Assembly: GCA_002171615.1 (NCBI GenBank)
Contig: NHEF01000019.1
Span: forward strand, 36,770-100,769
Direction: 5' to 3'
From: Gammaproteobacteria bacterium TMED78
GTDB taxonomy: Bacteria; Pseudomonadota; Gammaproteobacteria; Steroidobacterales; Rariloculaceae
Length of the DNA: 64,000 nt
Numbering within the stretch: the first letter of the stretch is position 1; each line of letters opens with the position of its first letter. Below, in pieces: positions 1 to 7,605 of the stretch. The notes under the pieces were generated by a model, which did no database searches, had not been told where the DNA came from, and saw nothing but the letters and a program-made list of their open reading frames with translations. Both the position numbers and the translations under genes were made by a program.

Positions 1-1
1 C

Positions 2-1444
2 ATAAGTAGTGAGCCTTCATTAGACATTTTTTATAAATTCACTCCCTCACTGAATGGAACATTAACAATTAATACAGATTTTTCTTCTACTGAGGTAGAT
101 ACAAGACAAGTTAACCTATCAAGATTTAATCTTTTCTTTCCAGAAAAAAGATTATTTTTTCTCCAAGATACAGATATTTTTGAATTTGGCAGAATTGGAA
201 GTAATACAAATAACAAATCTATAGATGGTCGAGGCGTTAGGGAAAATGGTAGACCATTTTTCTCTAGAAAAATTGGACTAAGCTCCTCTGGTCAGTCAAT
301 AGATATTAATCAAGGTGGTAAATTAAGCGGTAGAGTTGGTCGCTGGAGTGTCGGGGCTATAGCTATCAACCAAAGCAAATCAGGAAATAATCATTCTTCA
401 GATTTATTTATAGGAAGAGCATCAGCAAGCATATTAGAGGAATCTTCAGTTGGGTTAATTACAACTATTGGTGACCCTACGTCAAATTTAGATAACTCAC
501 TCGTAGGTTTTGATTTTAGATTTCTGAATAGCAGGCTTCCTAATGGAAAAATCATTGAAGCTGATATCTGGGCTCAAAAATCTACTACCCAGGGAATAAG
601 TGGTAAAGATAACGCTTATAGCTTTGAGTTGAGAGCGCCAAATAGCACAGGACTAAGATGGGCTATTGGACAAAAAGAGCTACAGGAAAACTTTAATCCT
701 GCACTTGGTTTTACGAATAGAGTGAACATTAGAGATCTTACTGCCGATTTAGGGTACACCCATCTCTTCGAATCAGCAGATGCATTCACTACTGGTGCTT
801 ATGCTCAAGAAATTGTTTCTCTTGATGGGAGCTCTCATTCAAAAATATATACGCTGGAACAAAGATACGCTAAGCCAACAAATGATCGTATATTTATTAG
901 AAATATCATAACTTCTGAACTAATAAATAAGCCCTTTAAAATATACACGCCATCATCAGATCCTGACTCAGCAATTATCATTCCTGTAGGTGAATATAAA
1001 TTTACGACAACAAGAGCTGGGTTAGGAACAGCAGGATATAGAAAATTAGTTACAGCATTTGCCTTTGAGAAGGGTGATTTTTATAACGGTAGTATGAAAG
1101 AGTTTTGGAGTAAGACTACCTGGAAGCCCTTAAAAGAGCTTGCTTTAGAATTAACCTATAAAGTTACTAAAATACATTTACCTCAAGGAAATTTTTCGGC
1201 CAAAGTAACAGGACTAACTATAAAATCTCCACTAACTAACTCATTGTCTCTTTCGAGTTATATTCAATACGATAACGTATCTGAAAACCTTGGATTAAAT
1301 GCGCGCTTGCAATGGATAGTTGAAGATGGAAAAGACTTTTTCATTGTGCTAAATCATAATCTTCAAGACTATGATAAAAATAATTCTTTTGTTTCTAAGA
1401 TGGCTGATATTAGTATTAAGGCAAATTATATACTAAGATTCTAA
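2..1444 (+). CDS. DUF5916-like secreted/outer-membrane protein, C-terminal ~480 aa (5' end outside window)
   Basis: Frame 2 is open from the first base of the window to the stop at 1442-1444; the ORF track only begins at an internal TTG at 629. My translation of 2-628 includes DFSSTEVDTRQVNLSRFNLFFPEKRLFFLQDTDIFEFG, a motif I associate with DUF5916 / CBM9-associated proteins. It ends ...KANYILRF (C-terminal aromatic). Confidence 0.7.
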   Translation: MSSEPSLDIFYKFTPSLNGTLTINTDFSSTEVDTRQVNLSRFNLFFPEKRLFFLQDTDIFEFGRIGSNTNNKSIDGRGVRENGRPFFSRKIGLSSSGQSIDINQGGKLSGRVGRWSVGAIAINQSKSGNNHSSDLFIGRASASILEESSVGLITTIGDPTSNLDNSLVGFDFRFLNSRLPNGKIIEADIWAQKSTTQGISGKDNAYSFELRAPNSTGLRWAIGQKELQENFNPALGFTNRVNIRDLTADLGYTHLFESADAFTTGAYAQEIVSLDGSSHSKIYTLEQRYAKPTNDRIFIRNIITSELINKPFKIYTPSSDPDSAIIIPVGEYKFTTTRAGLGTAGYRKLVTAFAFEKGDFYNGSMKEFWSKTTWKPLKELALELTYKVTKIHLPQGNFSAKVTGLTIKSPLTNSLSLSSYIQYDNVSENLGLNARLQWIVEDGKDFFIVLNHNLQDYDKNNSFVSKMADISIKANYILRF

Positions 1445-1447
1445 ATA

Positions 1448-2905
1448 ATGACTTTGACTAGAAAACTATTATTTTTATCCCTCACCCTATTTCCTTATTC
1501 TTTTTTACTAGCTCAAGAATTTGAAAGTACAAATAAACCAAATGTAATTTTTATCACAGTTGATGATCTAAATGATTGGATAGAACCACTTGGTGGCCAT
1601 CCGCAAGTTAAAACACCTAACTTCAATGAATTGGCTCGAAGGGGTATGACCTTTACTAACGCACATAGCTCGGCTGTTGTATGCGGTCCTTCAAGGGCTT
1701 CTTTTTTGTCTGGTCTCAGCCCCACATTCACAGGATTTTATGTTAATGGGCCAGATTGGCGTGAAATCCAAAAAATAAATACCGTGAAATCTCTACCTCA
1801 TTTCTTTAAAGATGCTGGTTATAAAACAACTGGTGCAGGAAAGTTCTTTCATACATCGCAAAATGATATTAAAGCTTGGGATATTTGGTATCCGAGAATA
1901 GGTATAGACCGTCCTAATGAAATTGTACCTGGTGGGATGGGTGGCTTGCCTAAAAATAAAAATCCGTACCATGATAGCTTCGACTGGTATCCGCTTGTAG
2001 CAGAAGATTCTGCAACTGGAGATGGGCAAATAGCAAACTGGATTACTTCTCAAATAAAATCAAATCAAGGTGAGGAGCAATTTATTGGTTTTGGATTTAG
2101 GAGGCCTCATGCACCCTTTTATGTCCCTGAAAAATATTTTGACCTATATCCAATTGAAGCCATTACTATGCCACAAACTATCAAGAATGATTTAGATGAT
2201 GTACCCAAAATGGCTCTCAAGGTTAATGGAATTGATACTCCAAGCTTTGGGAGTGCTACTAATAGGTTAGCCCATGAATGGGTAATTGAAAATAATCAAT
2301 GGAGTCAAATAACTCAAGCCTATTTGGCTAGCGTATCCTTCATAGATGCATTGTTGGGAACTATTATAGAGGCTGTAGATAATAATCCTAAAATGAAAAA
2401 TACTATTATTATAGTTATAGGTGATCATGGTTTTCATATTGGAGAAAAATTAAGCTACCAAAAGAAAACACTATGGCGAGAGTCTACTAGAGTTCCTATG
2501 ATTATTGTAGCGCCTGGCGTTACAACTCCAGGCTCAATAAGTTCAATACCAGTATCGCTACTTGATATATATCCAACTTTAGTCGAGTTATCAGGACTAG
2601 ACACTCCTAATCATCTAGATGGAGAAAGCATTGTTCCAATACTAGCTAATCCTGAAATTGATTGGGATAGATTTGCTGTTAGCAATCATGGATATATGAA
2701 TTTTTCCGTAACAAGCCAAAGCTATCAATATATCCGATATTCAGATAATTCAGAAGAGCTATATAATATTACCAATGATCCTAATGAATTTAAGAACTTA
2801 GCTAGCCTAGATGAATTCGGGAACATTAAGCTCCAATTAAAAGAACAATTGCCAAAATATAGCGAGCCCGATGTTAGAGGAATAAGCACTCCTTGGAGAG
2901 AGTAA
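1448..2905 (+). CDS. Cys-type sulfatase (S1 family), exported
   Basis: 485 aa with a hydrophobic N-terminal signal-like segment. Sulfatase signature SSAVVCGPSRASFLSGL (C-x-P-x-R formylglycine site), ITVDDLND metal-ligand block and VIGDHGFHIGE block. Starts 4 nt after the upstream stop. Confidence 0.9.
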   Translation: MTLTRKLLFLSLTLFPYSFLLAQEFESTNKPNVIFITVDDLNDWIEPLGGHPQVKTPNFNELARRGMTFTNAHSSAVVCGPSRASFLSGLSPTFTGFYVNGPDWREIQKINTVKSLPHFFKDAGYKTTGAGKFFHTSQNDIKAWDIWYPRIGIDRPNEIVPGGMGGLPKNKNPYHDSFDWYPLVAEDSATGDGQIANWITSQIKSNQGEEQFIGFGFRRPHAPFYVPEKYFDLYPIEAITMPQTIKNDLDDVPKMALKVNGIDTPSFGSATNRLAHEWVIENNQWSQITQAYLASVSFIDALLGTIIEAVDNNPKMKNTIIIVIGDHGFHIGEKLSYQKKTLWRESTRVPMIIVAPGVTTPGSISSIPVSLLDIYPTLVELSGLDTPNHLDGESIVPILANPEIDWDRFAVSNHGYMNFSVTSQSYQYIRYSDNSEELYNITNDPNEFKNLASLDEFGNIKLQLKEQLPKYSEPDVRGISTPWRE

Positions 2906-2984
2906 ATAAATCCTCCTTTAATTTTTTTTAAGATTTTATTTTTTTCAAAAACGACAAAATTAAGGGGGTTGTTGTTTTCTTCGA

Positions 2985-3212
2985 TTAGTTCTCTGTTCCT
3001 GAAAGCCATCCCTGTTTCCAAACTTGCTCATCCCTTAGACTTTTCCAATCTATAGCTTGCTCTCTTTTGGTAAAGACTGCTTCTAATATGCAAGAAAGAA
3101 CTACATCGTCCTCATCGTAATCTACGCTTGTTACTATGAAGTGCTTCTCTTTGTTTTCTGGATTTACTGCTGTCCACTTACTATTTAAAAGTTTGTTAGT
3201 TAGCTTTTTCAT
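2985..3212 (-). CDS. small Trp-rich conserved hypothetical protein (TIGR02450-like)
   Basis: 75 aa. The pattern SKWTAV..EKHFIV...W...W.QGW matches my recollection of the tryptophan-rich TIGR02450 family. No signal peptide. Last gene downstream of the X/Y operon. Confidence 0.55.
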   Translation of the reverse strand: MKKLTNKLLNSKWTAVNPENKEKHFIVTSVDYDEDDVVLSCILEAVFTKREQAIDWKSLRDEQVWKQGWLSGTEN

Positions 3213-3279
3213 CTGCTTAATCTTATCAATTCCCCTGGTGAGGGCTAGAGAGTGTTGATTGTTTTGTTCTTATCCTAGG

Positions 3280-4026
3280 CTAGTGCGCTACTTCTTCTGG
3301 AACACAGCCATAAACTGAAAAACTAAATGATGAAGGTGAATATCTATACCTTACTTCTTGAGGAGACATCATAGTAATTGAATCAAAATAAACAATATCA
3401 ACTGCCATAAAATTATCATCCCTATAAATTCTCTCAATACTTCTCATGGCCTCTGATTGGGGAACCCAAGTTGATTTATTTGCTCTTACAGATCCAGTAT
3501 CTGAGATTGATAACTCTTCACTACCACCACCCCTAGCTTCAGTTGAGACTATACCCTCGGAAGCACCTAGTGTATCTATAACCAATGTATCTCCTTCATA
3601 CCACCCTATAGAGTGGCCAACAGTTGGCATAAAGTGATTATCTAAATTTCTTGCGCTTGGGGTAAATACTAATGGGTGGCCATCCTGATTAAGCATAATA
3701 ATCCTATGGATATCAAACATTTCATAATGAATCTCTACTCTATCTTCATATTGATCGACTCTCCATACGGTATCTGGCTCATCCCATAAACGACCTATAC
3801 CTGAAGGTATACATAGAGGATTTAAATCATCTTCAAAAATATTAAATACATCAAGTCTATCATTACCCTCTTCTGTAAGATTTTTAGGTGAATAAAGTCT
3901 CTCACTAATATTTGGTATTCCTCGAGTTAACTGCCAAATACCATTTAAATCAGGAGCTGATAAAACTTCTGTGTAGGAAAAAAACAAGAAAATAGGAAAT
4001 AAAATTCTATAACTTCTTAATATCAA
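3280..4026 (-). CDS. exported uncharacterised protein, module Y only (paralog A)
   Basis: 248 aa with a signal-like N-terminus (EVLSA|PDLNG). Motifs CIPSGIGRLWDEPDT, GHSIGWYEGDTLVIDT, SIERI and VYGC are shared with 4023-4706 and with the C-terminal halves of 4712-5746 and 6610-7596. 4-nt overlap with the upstream gene. Confidence 0.85.
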   Translation of the reverse strand: MILRSYRILFPIFLFFSYTEVLSAPDLNGIWQLTRGIPNISERLYSPKNLTEEGNDRLDVFNIFEDDLNPLCIPSGIGRLWDEPDTVWRVDQYEDRVEIHYEMFDIHRIIMLNQDGHPLVFTPSARNLDNHFMPTVGHSIGWYEGDTLVIDTLGASEGIVSTEARGGGSEELSISDTGSVRANKSTWVPQSEAMRSIERIYRDDNFMAVDIVYFDSITMMSPQEVRYRYSPSSFSFSVYGCVPEEVAH

Positions 4027-4706
4027 TGATCACCCTCTTTTGGAATGCAGCCATAAACTGAAAACTCATACTCAGCCGGCAAATAAATATAGCTTACATT
4101 CAAAGGTTCTTTCATTAAAATTGGATCAAAATAACTTATCTCTAAAGAAATATTATTTCCATCCTTAGAAATTCTCTCGATACTCCTTAAAGCTTCAGTC
4201 TGAGGGAAAACATTAAACCCCAAAGTAGTAATATAGCTGTCAGTAAAACCAAGTGTTTCTATGAAAAGGGTATCTCCTTCATACCACCCTATAGAATGTC
4301 CTAAATTTTCAATATAATTCCCATTAATATCAGTAGTGCTAGGAATGAAATCTATAGGATGATTTCTCTGATCAAGGTTAATAACTCTCTTGAGATCAAA
4401 TATCTCATAAAAAATCTCAACCCTGTCATCATATTGCTCAATCCTCCAAAGTGTATCTGGCTCATCCCACAAACGACCTACCCCAGAAGGAATGCAATAA
4501 AGACTAGGATCGTCAACTAAAACATCATAATCATCGAGCCTTCTTTGACCCTCTTCTGTTGGTTTCTGTTCAGAATATACTCTCCAAATATAATCACCTT
4601 GCCAATTTACCATCCAAGTACCTTCTAAGTCTGGATAAGCAGAAAAAGTGCAAAGAGGTAGTAACGCAAAAGAAAGTAATAAAATATTCAAATATCTCTT
4701 ATACAT
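4023..4706 (-). CDS. exported uncharacterised protein, module Y only (paralog B)
   Basis: 227 aa with a signal-like N-terminus (CTFSA|YPDLEG). Motifs CIPSGVGRLWDEPDT, GHSIGWYEGDTLFIET, SIERI and VYGC; clear paralog of 3280-4026. Confidence 0.85.
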   Translation of the reverse strand: MYKRYLNILLLSFALLPLCTFSAYPDLEGTWMVNWQGDYIWRVYSEQKPTEEGQRRLDDYDVLVDDPSLYCIPSGVGRLWDEPDTLWRIEQYDDRVEIFYEIFDLKRVINLDQRNHPIDFIPSTTDINGNYIENLGHSIGWYEGDTLFIETLGFTDSYITTLGFNVFPQTEALRSIERISKDGNNISLEISYFDPILMKEPLNVSYIYLPAEYEFSVYGCIPKEGDH

Positions 4707-4711
4707 AATAT

Positions 4712-5746
4712 CTAGTGAATAAAATTATCATTTAAAGAACACTCATAAGGATTAATAGTCATGTCTGGTCGCCAAATCATTGGGATAACCGCTGTTACTG
4801 GCCTTGTGAAAGTTTCTGGGTCGCTTACTGTTATTGAATAAGTCATATAGTTGGTATCTTCACCAACTGTAAATTTTTCTAAAGTATTTACCATTTTGCT
4901 TTGCCTGACTGTACCAATATGATCAAAATAAGGCCAGTCTATATTAGAGGTATGGATAACTAAACTATCACCCTCCCAACTTCCGGTTGAATAGCCAAGA
5001 GGGGAAAATTTAATCTCTTCTTGAGTATTAGTAGACATATTAACAGTTCTCTCTATATCAGATATCTCACCCCTAATTATAATTACGTCACCTTCTTGCT
5101 TTAAGCTAAATGGATGAACAGCGGTTGTTCTCATAGCAGCAGGCATACCAGGAGCTAAACATAACATAGTAGGATCTATTTCAGAGCTATAGGATGCTTG
5201 CTCCAAAGATGCTTTCTCGGTTAAAGGCAAATCAGTAAATTCATTTTCAGACCATGCTTGTGGAAGCCACACTCTAAATAATCCATGGCCAGAAGAGTCA
5301 GACAAGTTATTAAGAACATCTTCAGATGAAACTCGATTAAAACCTCTATTTATATCAGACCAAATAGGTTGAGTACGCCCTCTCACACTAACCTCCATAC
5401 CATTTGGAAGCAGTACGTTTGATGTTGACAAGACATTTGTTCTTCGTTTTGATGGTGTTCCATAAACTCTTAAATTATCACCTAAATTAACTAACGTATT
5501 ATCAAAACCCTTTCTATTGAGTGAGATTAAATCCTGAAACTCCAAGTCCCATATTGAAATGCTTTCGTCGAGATTTTCTACTTCTAATTTTAATCTGACA
5601 TGAGGATTACTCCAGCTACTTGCAATAACTTTCCCAATCAATTCAATTGGCTCATTTCCATGATATTCAGCATGTGAATGATGACTATTAACATTAGAAA
5701 TAATTAATGGGCTAGATAAAAAAAACATAGTAATAAAAAATTTCAT
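4712..5746 (-). CDS. exported uncharacterised fusion protein, module X (DUF6152-like) + module Y
   Basis: 344 aa with signal-like N-terminus SNVNS|HHSHAEYH. The N-terminal part carries G-x-V-x3-W-x-NPH. The C-terminal part carries CLAPGMP, GYSTGSWEGDSLVIHT and a YEC motif near the end. Only 2 nt from the upstream gene. Confidence 0.85.
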   Translation of the reverse strand: MKFFITMFFLSSPLIISNVNSHHSHAEYHGNEPIELIGKVIASSWSNPHVRLKLEVENLDESISIWDLEFQDLISLNRKGFDNTLVNLGDNLRVYGTPSKRRTNVLSTSNVLLPNGMEVSVRGRTQPIWSDINRGFNRVSSEDVLNNLSDSSGHGLFRVWLPQAWSENEFTDLPLTEKASLEQASYSSEIDPTMLCLAPGMPAAMRTTAVHPFSLKQEGDVIIIRGEISDIERTVNMSTNTQEEIKFSPLGYSTGSWEGDSLVIHTSNIDWPYFDHIGTVRQSKMVNTLEKFTVGEDTNYMTYSITVSDPETFTRPVTAVIPMIWRPDMTINPYECSLNDNFIH

Positions 5747-5748
5747 AC

Positions 5749-6138
5749 TTATCTCCTATATGGATTATTTGGTAGTTCTACTATAACTCTACCATCAGGC
5801 AATATTGCCTCAGTCATATCAATTGTATTTTCCTGTCTGCCCAGAAAACCAGTAAGTTTTATTTCAGTTTGCTCAGTCATTGCATCAAAATCAAAACTTC
5901 CTCTTCTCAAGGCTATGGTAGCAAGAAGCTCAACTAGCCAATCTTCTTTTTCACCAGCCTCATTTGTTACCTCTAACACAAAAGAGGCGTGAGGATTAAT
6001 CCATTTAGTCGATTTAATTTTACCCTCAAGCGTTATTAACTGCTCAGTAAAATGCAGTGCTTTAGAATGATGGGCACTCGTAAAAACTGGCAATAAAAAA
6101 AAGGAGATAGTTAGGGTTTTAAAAATATACGTCATCAC
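5749..6138 (-). CDS. exported small protein, module X only (DUF6152-like), copy 1
   Basis: 129 aa with FTSA|HHSKALHF, then GKIKSTKWINPHASFVLEV. It is a paralog of 6144-6533 and includes an 87-nt stretch that is identical at DNA level. Confidence 0.85.
   Translation of the reverse strand: MMTYIFKTLTISFFLLPVFTSAHHSKALHFTEQLITLEGKIKSTKWINPHASFVLEVTNEAGEKEDWLVELLATIALRRGSFDFDAMTEQTEIKLTGFLGRQENTIDMTEAILPDGRVIVELPNNPYRR
5921..6007. repeat. 87-nt perfect direct repeat, copy 1 (inside module-X gene 5749-6138)
   Basis: gcaagaagctcaactagccaatcttctttttcaccagcctcatttgttacctctaacacaaaagaggcgtgaggattaatccattta is identical to 6319-6405. The flanking sequence of the two genes is clearly diverged. Confidence 0.9.
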
Positions 6139-6143
6139 TATAA

Positions 6144-6533
6144 CTACAGGTCTCTTCTATAAAAAAAAGCATTTTCTGTTATGCTTGTTCCATCTGATAA
6201 AATAGCCTCTCCAAAACGCATAGTATTTTTTTTAATGCCATTTCGTCCAGAAAGCTTAATAGAGGCACCATTTGTTAATGCATCGAAATTAAAATTACTT
6301 CTTCTCAAGGCTATAACAGCAAGAAGCTCAACTAGCCAATCTTCTTTTTCACCAGCCTCATTTGTTACCTCTAACACAAAAGAGGCGTGAGGATTAATCC
6401 ATTTAATATCTTTTATTCTACCCTCAACTGTAACTATCTCTTGAGTGAAATTAAGAGCAACCGAGTGATGAGACAAGGCCAAGAAAGGACAAGCCAAAAA
6501 AAACAAAAAAATATACCTAATCCATCCAAACAT
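6144..6533 (-). CDS. exported small protein, module X only (DUF6152-like), copy 2
   Basis: 129 aa with LALS|HHSVALNF, then GRIKDIKWINPHASFVLEV. First gene of the tightly packed minus-strand operon. Confidence 0.85.
   Translation of the reverse strand: MFGWIRYIFLFFLACPFLALSHHSVALNFTQEIVTVEGRIKDIKWINPHASFVLEVTNEAGEKEDWLVELLAVIALRRSNFNFDALTNGASIKLSGRNGIKKNTMRFGEAILSDGTSITENAFFYRRDL
6319..6405. repeat. 87-nt perfect direct repeat, copy 2 (inside module-X gene 6144-6533)
   Basis: Identical to 5921-6007 at an offset of 398 nt. Encodes the shared peptide NPHASFVLEVTNEAGEKEDWLVELLA. Confidence 0.9.
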
Positions 6534-6609
6534 ATTAAACCTTTTTGTATGATCTTTATTATAATTATATTAGTATAATACAGCACTAAATGCCAATTGA
6601 TCTTAGATA

Positions 6610-7596
6610 ATGTATAGACTATTAATTATAATTTTATTCTTTTTTGAGTACGCTGATGCTCATCACTCAATGGCGTCATATACTACTGAATTAACTGAAT
6701 TTGCTGGAGAGATTGTTAGCATAGAATGGAGAAACCCACATGTTGTTTTTTCGCTGATCAGCACAAAAGATAAAGAGCAATGGAGATTTGAGGCTGAATC
6801 AATTTATGTGCTTAAAAGAGCCGGAATAGATGAGAAAATAATAGAAGTAGGAGAAATAGTTAGAGTTGCCGCCAATCCTTCTAGTCTAAAAGCTAGAGAT
6901 GCTTTAGCAAAAAATTTACTTAAGGCAGACGGTACAGAAGTTATTCTTCACCCTACATCCAAACCGCTATGGAGTAACAATCTGTTAGGTGTTTTTGGAA
7001 GAAATACTGAGAATAATCCAGATATTGATACTATCTCTGAAAATAAAGGTTTTTTTAGAACTTGGAGTAATCCTGGAACCTTTCCAAAACTAATAGCTAA
7101 TCTACCTTTTACTAAAGAGGCATTAGAATCTAGAAATGAATGGGATACTGCAGATAACTTTGCAACGAGATGTGAGGCTGAAGGCATGCCAAGAATAATG
7201 AGAAACCCTCATCCTTATGAGTTTATAAATCTAGGTGACACGATTCAAATTAAAACTGAACTATATGATACTGTCAGGACTATTCATATGGAAAGTAAAT
7301 CCTCAACCACTAAACTAATACCATCTAGACTAGGCTATTCTGTTGGAAGATGGGAAAATAATGAGCTGGTAATTATAACATCACATATTAATTGGCCATA
7401 TTTTGATAACATCGGAACTAGGCAAAGTAAAAACGTTTTAATTGAAGAGCGATACGCTCTAAGTGATGATCAAGGTCAGCTACATTACCACTTCTCAATT
7501 AATGATCCCTATACTTTTATCGAGGTAGCAACAATTGAAGGTTATTGGGCTGCACTTGGAGAAAAGCTAGAGCCATATAATTGCAGACTATATTAG
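6610..7596 (+). CDS. exported uncharacterised fusion protein, module X (DUF6152-like) + module Y, divergently transcribed
   Basis: 328 aa with YADA|HHSMASY, then GEIVSIEWRNPHVVF. The C-terminal part carries CEAEGMPR, GYSVGRWENNELVIIT and a YNC motif near the end. Same architecture as 4712-5746. Confidence 0.85.
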   Translation: MYRLLIIILFFFEYADAHHSMASYTTELTEFAGEIVSIEWRNPHVVFSLISTKDKEQWRFEAESIYVLKRAGIDEKIIEVGEIVRVAANPSSLKARDALAKNLLKADGTEVILHPTSKPLWSNNLLGVFGRNTENNPDIDTISENKGFFRTWSNPGTFPKLIANLPFTKEALESRNEWDTADNFATRCEAEGMPRIMRNPHPYEFINLGDTIQIKTELYDTVRTIHMESKSSTTKLIPSRLGYSVGRWENNELVIITSHINWPYFDNIGTRQSKNVLIEERYALSDDQGQLHYHFSINDPYTFIEVATIEGYWAALGEKLEPYNCRLY

Positions 7597-7605
7597 TAAA
7601 TCTTT

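Noticed and set aside
31-216. 61-aa minus-strand ORF at the left edge
   Set aside because: It lies antisense inside the DUF5916-like reading frame, which is open from the window edge and carries recognisable family motifs. It is a shadow ORF.
6144-6533. FFLAC in the signal region of module-X copy 2, considered as a lipobox
   Set aside because: The -3 position is Phe rather than Leu/Val/Ile, and the three paralogs have ordinary signal-peptidase I sites ending just before HHS.
6181-6578. Two plus-strand ORFs of 69 and 63 aa opposite module-X copy 2
   Set aside because: They are antisense to a gene supported by paralogy with three other copies and have no signal peptide or conserved motif of their own.
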